In this document: positions 9,029 through 16,057 of the stretch, piece after piece
How the letters are laid out: each line of letters starts with the position of its first letter
Numbering within the stretch: position 1 is the stretch's first letter
NCBI GenBank assembly: GCA_045631785.1
Contig: JAZQVJ010000186.1
Location: 1-24,695, forward strand
Source of the DNA: Eubacteriales bacterium
GTDB taxonomy: Bacteria > Bacillota > Clostridia > Oscillospirales > CAG-272
Length of the DNA: 24,695 nt
Direction: 5' to 3'
The notes under the pieces: model-generated
Told to the model about the DNA's origin: nothing
Seen by the model: only the letters and a program-made list of their open reading frames with translations
Databases searched by the model: none
Position numbers and translations under genes: made by a program

Positions 9029-11497
9029 ATGAAACTAAAAAGAAAAGAAAAAACCGGGCGCAGGCGTATTCTCGTAGCCGTCGTCCTCTCTCTTTTGTCG
9101 CTTCCTCTCCTTGTGGCAGGGGGGCTTGCCCTGTATCTCTGCATCACCATTGATCCGGAGTCGGATGCAGCCTTGTTCGAGGCATCCCGCGGCTCTCGCA
9201 CGACAAGGCTGTACTATAACGCCGAAAGAGGGGGAGAGGTCTACGCCGCCAGGGAGTGGGAGAGCGAGAGGATCGTGGGTGCCGAGAACGCGATATGGAC
9301 CGAGTATTCGGATATTCCCGAAAATCTCAAGGCCGCCTTCCTTTCTGTCGAGGACCACCGTTTTTTTCAGCATGACGGCATTGATTGGTATCGGACGGGC
9401 AAGGCCGCCCTCAATCACATCTTCCGCTTTGACAGTCGCTTCGGCGGCTCGAGCATTACGCAGCAGCTTATCAAAAACATGAGTGGCGACAACGAGGGGA
9501 CCGTTATCCGCAAGCTGCGTGAAATGGCCCGTGCCGTTGCCCTTGAACGGCGATTTACGAAGGAGGAGATCTTAGAGCTTTATCTCAACATCGTCCCGAT
9601 GGGGGAGAATTCGGTCGGTGTTGGCGCCGGGGCCGAGCGCTATTTTGGGAAGGAGCCGAGTGAGCTCACCGATGCCGAGTGTGCCATCCTCGCCGCGATC
9701 ATTAACGCCCCGGCACGCTACGATCCCTTGAAGGCTCCCGAGGCGAACCGAGTAAGACGGGATATGGTGCTTGAACGAATGTACGAGCACGGGATGCTTG
9801 CGGAGGCAGAGTATCAAGCGGCACTCAGCGAGGAGCCGGTGCTTCAGCAAAGGGCAAAGACCGATCCCGCCGCCGTGCACTCCTGGTATACCGAAACCGT
9901 GATCGACGATGTCCTCCGCGATCTTTGCAATGTTGCGGGGTACAGCCGCGCCACCGCCCTTCGTCTGGTCTACGGAGGGGGGCTTGAGATCTACACCCTC
10001 GCCGATCCTTCGGTGCAGGCCGCGATGGAAAAGACCTTCCGCGACCTATCAACCGCCGGCGGCGTGCAATATGCGGGTGTTGTCGTCGATCCCCAAAGCG
10101 GCGATCTCCTTGGCATCGTCGGCGCGGCCGGCAGCAAGACGGCCAACCGAATCTTCAATCATGCCACGACTCCGCATACCCCCGGCTCAGCCCTGAAGCC
10201 TCTCTCTGTCTACGCCCCCGCCCTTGACGGCGGGCTGGTCACCTCGGCCAGTGTTTTTGACGACGTCCCCGTCGAGTTTCTCGGCAAGGAGCTTCGCCCG
10301 TGGCCCAAAAACTCCCCGGAGGTCTATCAAGGCCTCGTTGACCTTGGGACTGCCATTGCTACCTCAAAGAATACCGTGTCGGTCAAGGTCCTCCGCCTTC
10401 TCGGGCGTGAGCGCTCCTACGATGTCCTTGCCAATACGCTCGGCATCTCCACACTCATCCGCCGCGAGGTGACGGAGGGCGGCGCCATTCTCTCCGATCT
10501 TGGCGATGCTCCCCTTGCCCTCGGTCAGCTCACCTACGGCGTTTCCGTCCGCGAGCTTACCTCGGCGTACACCCCCCTTTCGGATGACGGTAGCTATAAA
10601 AAAGGGCGCACGTACCTCGCGGTATACGACAGGGAAGGTAAACTTTTGCTTGCAAACGAGCAGGAAACGCGTCGGGCCTTCTCGCACGATACCGCCTCAA
10701 TTATGACCAAGCTTCTTGAGGGCGTGGTGGAGAACGGAACCGCAAACGGTGTGCGCCTTCCCGGCCATATCCCCGTAGCAGGGAAGACGGGTACCTCAAG
10801 CGAGGGGCGTGATAAATGGTTCATCGGCTATTCTCCTTACTACCTTTGCGGTGTTTGGTGCGGCGCCGAGGACGGCAATGCCTCCATCGGTGGGAAGCCG
10901 CAGCTGGCGGTCTTCAATGACGTCATGGGGGATCTGCACCGCGAGATCGCCGCGGCGGGCAATGCGCTTGTGGAGTTTCCGCTTTCGAGTGGCGTTCACC
11001 AATGTCGGTACTGCCGTGACGGCGGCGGTCTTCTGACGGTCGACTGCCTGTCGGATCCGCGCGGCGACCGTAGCACGGTCGGCTGGTTTACGGGGGCCAC
11101 TCTCCCCACAGCCCCCTGCGAGTGCCACGTGGGTGTCCTATGTGCGGAGGAGGGCGGCGTGGTCGCCGAGCTTGACGGTACCCCCCTCTCGGCCGTATCG
11201 CCCGAGGATGCTCCGCTTTTGCGCCGCAGTCTTATTCGTGTCCCGGATCGCCATTTTCCAAGATCCGTCACCGTCACGGATGCTCAGTATGTATACCGTC
11301 CCCTTGGTGGCGCCCTCCCCTCGGCCTCTCCGAACGAGCCCTATTTTATGACCACCGTGCCCAAGGGCGAGTATATCGGCATCAGCCGAACCCCCGACGG
11401 CCGGCAGTTCAATTCCTCCTATCGTGAGCCTTCGCCCGAGGCCGATCCCGTGGAGGATCCCTTTGGATTTTTCTCGCATCTGCTCGGCGAAGAATAA
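9029..11497 (+). CDS. Class A penicillin-binding protein (PBP1A-type transglycosylase/transpeptidase)
   Basis: Basic N-terminus and TM anchor. TG motifs EDHRF, GGSSITQQL, RKLRE and EILELYLN. TP motifs SALK, SKN and KTG. The start at ATG 9029 is a best guess. Confidence 0.92.
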   Translation: MKLKRKEKTGRRRILVAVVLSLLSLPLLVAGGLALYLCITIDPESDAALFEASRGSRTTRLYYNAERGGEVYAAREWESERIVGAENAIWTEYSDIPENLKAAFLSVEDHRFFQHDGIDWYRTGKAALNHIFRFDSRFGGSSITQQLIKNMSGDNEGTVIRKLREMARAVALERRFTKEEILELYLNIVPMGENSVGVGAGAERYFGKEPSELTDAECAILAAIINAPARYDPLKAPEANRVRRDMVLERMYEHGMLAEAEYQAALSEEPVLQQRAKTDPAAVHSWYTETVIDDVLRDLCNVAGYSRATALRLVYGGGLEIYTLADPSVQAAMEKTFRDLSTAGGVQYAGVVVDPQSGDLLGIVGAAGSKTANRIFNHATTPHTPGSALKPLSVYAPALDGGLVTSASVFDDVPVEFLGKELRPWPKNSPEVYQGLVDLGTAIATSKNTVSVKVLRLLGRERSYDVLANTLGISTLIRREVTEGGAILSDLGDAPLALGQLTYGVSVRELTSAYTPLSDDGSYKKGRTYLAVYDREGKLLLANEQETRRAFSHDTASIMTKLLEGVVENGTANGVRLPGHIPVAGKTGTSSEGRDKWFIGYSPYYLCGVWCGAEDGNASIGGKPQLAVFNDVMGDLHREIAAAGNALVEFPLSSGVHQCRYCRDGGGLLTVDCLSDPRGDRSTVGWFTGATLPTAPCECHVGVLCAEEGGVVAELDGTPLSAVSPEDAPLLRRSLIRVPDRHFPRSVTVTDAQYVYRPLGGALPSASPNEPYFMTTVPKGEYIGISRTPDGRQFNSSYREPSPEADPVEDPFGFFSHLLGEE

Positions 11498-11519
11498 AGC
11501 ACATTTTTTTCGAACTATA

Positions 11520-11549
11520 TTGGAAATTTATCCTTCCGTATGCTATAAT
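11520..11549 (+). promoter_or_regulatory. Putative sigma-A promoter for the M48-cca pair
   Basis: TTGGAA (11520-11525), 18-nt spacer, TG-c-TATAAT (11541-11549), then a GGAGG RBS. Confidence 0.6.
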
Positions 11550-11576
11550 AGAGAAAAAAGGGGAGGAGAACGAGCG

Positions 11577-12098
11577 ATGCAATACCGTGTCATACGCTCT
11601 GCGAGAAAAACCATGGCGCTTGAGATCACAGCGTCAGGAGAGATCCTTGTGCGCGCACCGCAAGCTGCCAAGGATAGCGAGATCGCGGCATTCGCCGAGG
11701 AGCATCGCGGTTGGGTAGAGGCACATCTGCCCAAGGTCTTAGCGCGGAGGCGTCCCCCCCTTACCCCGGAGGAGGAACGCTCGCTCCGTCGGCTTGCCAA
11801 GGCCGATCTCCCTCTGCGAACGGCTCGCTGGGCCGACCGTATGGGGATCGACTATGCAGGCGTTTGGATCACCTCGGCGCGCCATCGCTTCGGGAGTTGC
11901 AACTCGCGCGGTAGGATCTGCTATTCCTTTCGCCTCCTTGAATTTCCCGAGGAGGTGATTGATTACGTGGTGGTTCACGAGCTGGCGCATCGGCTTGAAA
12001 TGAACCACTCGCCTAAATTTTACGCTATCGTAGCAAGGTATCTTCCCGATTATCGCCGTCGGCGGGCGCTATTGCGCTCTCTGCCGCATTCGCAGTGA
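11577..12098 (+). CDS. YgjP/DUF45-like (M48-family, SprT-like) zincin-motif protein
   Basis: YRVIRSARKTMALEI N-terminus, RFGSCNSRG and IDYVVVHELAHRLEMNHSPKFY (HExxH). Start placed at ATG 11577 after GGAGG. Confidence 0.88.
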   Translation: MQYRVIRSARKTMALEITASGEILVRAPQAAKDSEIAAFAEEHRGWVEAHLPKVLARRRPPLTPEEERSLRRLAKADLPLRTARWADRMGIDYAGVWITSARHRFGSCNSRGRICYSFRLLEFPEEVIDYVVVHELAHRLEMNHSPKFYAIVARYLPDYRRRRALLRSLPHSQ

Positions 12099-12106
12099 GG
12101 TGTAGG

Positions 12107-13297
12107 ATGCAGAGCTTTGTTTTACCTCCGTCGGCAGCAGAGGTCATCGAGCGCCTTGAGGCGGCGGGCTTTGAGGCCTACCTTGTCGGCGGATGCGTGC
12201 GCGATTTCCTGCGCGGCGCCGTGCCGCATGATTTTGACGTTACCACCTCCGCCCTCCCCGAGGAGCTGCAGCGTGTCTTTTCCGACCGTCGCACGGTAGA
12301 AACCGGGCTGCGCCACGGCACCCTGACGGTGCTTTGCGAGGGGGATGCGATCGAGGTGACCACCTATCGCGTCGACGGGGACTATACCGACCGTCGCCGT
12401 CCCGACCGCGTGACCTTTACCCCCTCCTTAACGGAGGATCTCGCCCGCCGCGACCTCACCGTCAACGCGATGGCCTATTCGCCAAGTCGCGGCCTTGTTG
12501 ATCCCTTTGGCGGTAGGGAAGACCTCATGGATCACCGTCTTCGTGCGGTCGGCCCCCCGGAGCGCCGCTTTACCGAGGATGCCCTCCGCATCCTTCGTGT
12601 TCTGCGTTTTGCCGCCACCCTCGACTATACGATCGAGGCGGAAACGGCCGCCGCCGTCCGTAAAATGGCGCACACGGTACGCGTCGTTGCTGCCGAACGC
12701 ATCCGTGAGGAGCTGTTTCGCTTGGTCCTCGGCGCGGGGGCTGCGCGCATTCTGTCGGAATATCGCGACGTAATCGCCGAGGTCTTGCCCGAGGCTGTGA
12801 CACAGCCTGCCCTCGGTGATCTTCCCGAGGTCCTGCCTGTCCGCCTGGCGGCCATGCTTTTCGCTTCGGGTGAGAATGCGGCCGAGGCCGCCCTCCTCCG
12901 CTTACGCACCGACCGTGCCACACAAGCCGCCACGCTCGCTCTTTGCCGTCTTGCCACGGCTCCCCTCACCCCCGAGCGCCCCTTCCTCTGTCGCCTTCTG
13001 CGGGCGGAGGGGGCAACCGCCGTTACCGATGCTCTCCGCTTGCGCGCCGTGCTTGGGTACCGTGACTCGGAGGTCGCAAAAGCGATCCGCGAGATCCTTG
13101 ACACGGGCTTTCCCTACCGCCTTTCAGATCTTGCGATCGCAGGGCGCGACCTGCGCGCTGCCGGCGTACCCGAGGGCCCCTGCCTCGGCGCTCTTTTGGA
13201 AACACTCTACGGCGAGGTGATCGCAGGTACCGTCCAAAACGGGGCGGCCCCCCTGCTTTCCCGCGCGATGGCACTGTATCGGCAAGGCGACCTTTAA
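12107..13297 (+). CDS. cca: CCA tRNA nucleotidyltransferase (class II, no HD domain)
   Basis: VGGCVRD, DFDVTT, EVTTYR, an intact flexible loop (DGDYTDRRRP), RRDLTVNA, EDALRILRVLRF and ERIREEL. GAGGTG RBS. Confidence 0.9.
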   Translation: MQSFVLPPSAAEVIERLEAAGFEAYLVGGCVRDFLRGAVPHDFDVTTSALPEELQRVFSDRRTVETGLRHGTLTVLCEGDAIEVTTYRVDGDYTDRRRPDRVTFTPSLTEDLARRDLTVNAMAYSPSRGLVDPFGGREDLMDHRLRAVGPPERRFTEDALRILRVLRFAATLDYTIEAETAAAVRKMAHTVRVVAAERIREELFRLVLGAGAARILSEYRDVIAEVLPEAVTQPALGDLPEVLPVRLAAMLFASGENAAEAALLRLRTDRATQAATLALCRLATAPLTPERPFLCRLLRAEGATAVTDALRLRAVLGYRDSEVAKAIREILDTGFPYRLSDLAIAGRDLRAAGVPEGPCLGALLETLYGEVIAGTVQNGAAPLLSRAMALYRQGDL

Positions 13298-13313
13298 TTG
13301 TCCCCTCATCCGC

Positions 13314-13353
13314 AAAAAAGCACAGGCACTCCACGGAGTGCCGGTGCTTTTTT
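13314..13353. terminator. Bidirectional intrinsic terminator between cca (+) and the CapA-family gene (-)
   Basis: AAAAAAGCAC-a-GGCACTC-cacg-GAGTGCC-g-GTGCTTTTTT, with A6 and T6 flanks. Confidence 0.88.
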
Positions 13354-13363
13354 ATTCTCGCGG

Positions 13364-14439
13364 TTATTTTTCGTTCGTATGATTCCAGGTCTTGAAATAC
13401 TCGCGCAAAACGTCGGTGTGCGCCTCGCAATCAAGAAAATGTGAAAGACGCTCGATGTCCCGTTCGGTAGCTTCGGGGGGCAGGACGTTCTTGTAGCGAG
13501 GAACGCTACGGCAGAAGGCTGACCAGCCGTCCATCCACTTCCCGTTCTTCAGCTCCTCGTTGCGCTCTCGGAAGGCCGTCATGATCTCGTTAGCCTCCTC
13601 GCCGACGGCGCGCCTGACACTCCCCTCGGCTTCTTCTATCACCATCGGATGGAAGGTAAGCTTGATATCATCCTCAATGTCCATCTCGATGAGAAGACCT
13701 GTGTACCAGCCCTTATCGCCGTTGGGCTTGACAAAGTGCAGGTTGCCCTGACCGTAGACGATGTGTCCTCCCTCGTACTGCTCGTAGCATCCGATGCAGT
13801 GGCTGTGCTGACAGATAACAGCATCAGCGCCGCATTCGACCATCTCGTGGCAGAGGCGGTACAGACGGGGCGAGGGATAACGGCAGTATTCCTTACCTCC
13901 GTGATAGATGACGATCGTGATATCCGAGCTTTCTTGGCTTCTCGGATGTCGTGCATCGTCAGGTAGGGATCATAGGGGTTTGCACCCATACGGTCGGGGA
14001 GAGCATAGGTGTATTCATGCTCGCATACATTAACGATAGCGACCTTCTTGCCATCCTCTTCAAGGTAGTGGATCTTGCGCGAGTCGGTATCGTTCTCGCC
14101 GACGCCGGTATAGGGGAGCCCCACACGGTCAAGATTGGCCATCGTGTCACGGAACCCCTCAATGCCGAAGTCAAAGGTGTGGTTGTTGCTAAGCATAACG
14201 TCGGTAACGCCAAGCTTGACGAGGGTATCGGCACATGCGGGTGCAGCCTTGAGGTTTGGACCGAATTTTTTGATTTCATTCGTGGACTCGGTCAGTGCAC
14301 ATTCAAGGTTAACGATGAAGCGGTCCGCGCTCTTAATGAGAGGGAGAAAATCCCCAAAAAGCTTTTCGGTATCCCCGGCAACGAATAACGGCTCCGAGAT
14401 TTGGGTGGGGACTACATCGGCACCAATAATGAATTTCAT
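13364..14439 (-). pseudogene. CapA/PgsA-family metallophosphoesterase with an apparent 1-nt deletion near 13930 (pseudogene or assembly error)
   Basis: AGAGGAG RBS and ATG at 14439. First frame has GADVVP, NLECAL and SNNHTFDFG up to ...EAKK. A different frame continues SDITIVIYHGGKEYCRYPSP...QHSHCIG...YGQGN to TAA at 13364. The span is 1076 nt, one short of 359 codons. Confidence 0.85.
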
Positions 14440-14621
14440 AAGATGCTCCTCTCGAAAACTAAGATTCCAGTCGAATTGTAATGCATTCTTCGCGAAAAGC
14501 CAACCCCTACACACATTTTCCTTAACAAAAGCAACCGATGCAAAGTGTCGTTGTCATTCTCTCTAACATAAGATCAAAAATGTGAAAAAAGAATTTTTTT
14601 TAAAAAAACACACTCCCCCTA

Positions 14622-14650
14622 TTGAAATTGCCGTTAAACTATGTTATATT
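14622..14650 (+). promoter_or_regulatory. Putative sigma-A promoter for the hypothetical membrane protein
   Basis: TTGAAA (14622-14627), 17-nt spacer, TG-t-TATATT (14642-14650). Confidence 0.6.
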
Positions 14651-14713
14651 AATTATATACAATGCATGCGCGCCCTCTCCCGCGGTGCGCGCACCGTCAA
14701 GAAAGGGGCAACT

Positions 14714-16012
14714 ATGTTAGTAAAGACCTACGCTAAAAATGTAGACGGCGGTCATGGGTACAGGCGGTTTCTGCTTGCGTTCCACATTGCGCTTTTGATC
14801 CTTGCGATCTTCTTCTCCGTGATGTTCCTTATTGAGATCCTCGCGGCTGATGCAACAGCAGATGCGTATACACCCGCGAATTCGTTCACAGGCTTCATTT
14901 TGCTTCTCGCAGGTGTTTTCCTTGCGCCAAACGTCGCTGCAGTTATCATTTTGGTCGTTTCCACCGTTTTTGCGGTGCTGCTCCTTTGGCCTGCTACACT
15001 CTTTTTTCGCAAAAGATACATACACTGCGTTACCAATGTCGGCACTACCGTTTACGCGGTAAAGGTCTATCAGCTCTTCCGTCCTGCGACCTTGGCCGTC
15101 ATCAGTGGGGGCGATAGGATCGTTCCCGATACGTGGTACAGTGATAAGAATATGAAGCGCCCGGCCCCCGCCACCTGCCGCATGACCGCCAAGAGTATGC
15201 TCTTCTTCGCCGAGATCGCGCTCCCCGAGGAGCCGGCGGCAGACACTGCGGCACCGGCAGCCGCCGCGGCCCCCGTTGTCAGAGAGCCCGGCGAGTCTGA
15301 GATCCAGGCCATTATCCGCGAGGCGCTTGAGCGCGAGGCGAGCCGTGCCGCTGCTCCTGCCCCTGCCCCGGCTTCTGTCCCTGTCGAGCAGCCCGCCCCG
15401 GTGGCAGAGCCTGCTCCCGTCGAGGTGCCTGCTCCTGCCGAGTCTGTTGTGTCGGACGACGATAGCGATGAGGACGAGGATGAGAGCGAGATCCGCGAGG
15501 TGGTCGTCAACGGCCGCACCTTCCATATGATCATCCGTTACAGCCGCAGCTTCACGGCGCGTGTTATCCAGGCTCCCGATACGCTCAAGGGTTATTATGC
15601 AGCGATCAAGAATGAGCTTCTGTCCTACAACCTTGTGAAGTCGCGCATCAGCTGGAAGCATGATGCCTTTAACCGCGGCCGTCTTCAGTTGGCTAAGCTT
15701 GTCGTTCGCGGCAAGAGTCTTTGCGTTTATCTGGCGCTTGATCCCGGTGCCTACGAGGCAGAGAAGTATCATCATGTGGATAAGGGTGATACCAATGCCT
15801 ACGCCAAGGTCCCCATGATGATCCGCATCAAGAGCGATCTCGGCCTTCGCAAAGCCAAGTTCCTGGTTTCCGAGATGATGGCCAATTACGAGATCGAAAG
15901 AGGCGAAACTCAGGATCTCGATTATCAATCCTCCTACGCCTACCGCGATACCAAGACCTTGGTCGAGGAAGGCCTTATCAAGGAGCTTGAGACCACCGAG
16001 TCCGCCGAATAA
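14714..16012 (+). CDS. Hypothetical membrane protein, 432 aa: N-terminal TM region, degenerate InlB B-repeat-like segment, Pro/Ala and acidic linker, uncharacterised basic C-terminal domain
   Basis: AAAGGGG RBS before ATG 14714, with its own promoter and terminator. Hydrophobic segments at about aa 19-45 and 58-98. The function call is unknown. Confidence 0.85.
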   Translation: MLVKTYAKNVDGGHGYRRFLLAFHIALLILAIFFSVMFLIEILAADATADAYTPANSFTGFILLLAGVFLAPNVAAVIILVVSTVFAVLLLWPATLFFRKRYIHCVTNVGTTVYAVKVYQLFRPATLAVISGGDRIVPDTWYSDKNMKRPAPATCRMTAKSMLFFAEIALPEEPAADTAAPAAAAAPVVREPGESEIQAIIREALEREASRAAAPAPAPASVPVEQPAPVAEPAPVEVPAPAESVVSDDDSDEDEDESEIREVVVNGRTFHMIIRYSRSFTARVIQAPDTLKGYYAAIKNELLSYNLVKSRISWKHDAFNRGRLQLAKLVVRGKSLCVYLALDPGAYEAEKYHHVDKGDTNAYAKVPMMIRIKSDLGLRKAKFLVSEMMANYEIERGETQDLDYQSSYAYRDTKTLVEEGLIKELETTESAE

Positions 16013-16022
16013 TTTTTCTTTC

Positions 16023-16057
16023 AAAAAAGACGAGAGCCTATGCTCTCGTCTTTTTTT
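16023..16057. terminator. Bidirectional intrinsic terminator between the hypothetical gene (+) and murG (-)
   Basis: AAAAAA-GACGAGAGC-ctat-GCTCTCGTC-TTTTTTT, a perfect 9-bp stem. The murG stop codon lies in the loop. Confidence 0.9.

Noticed and set aside
11511-11524. CGAAC-TATA-TTGGA as a LexA/SOS box before the YgjP-like gene
   Set aside because: Only one half-site matches the Bacillota GAAC-N4-GTTC consensus.
13927-13938. Programmed -1 ribosomal frameshift in the CapA-family gene
   Set aside because: GCC AAG AAA G is not an X XXY YYZ slippery heptamer, re-pairing would be mismatched, and I saw no clear stimulatory hairpin. A simple deletion is more parsimonious.
14436-14516. 26-codon upstream ORF (MCVGVGFSRR...) overlapping the CapA-family start by ATGA
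   Set aside because: The SD-like AAGGA is too close to the ATG, there is no telling codon run, and the downstream gene has its own good RBS.
15240-15490. Pro/Ala/Val/Glu and Asp/Glu repeats as a tandem-repeat or contingency locus
   Set aside because: Imperfect at the DNA level with no fixed unit; an ordinary low-complexity linker.
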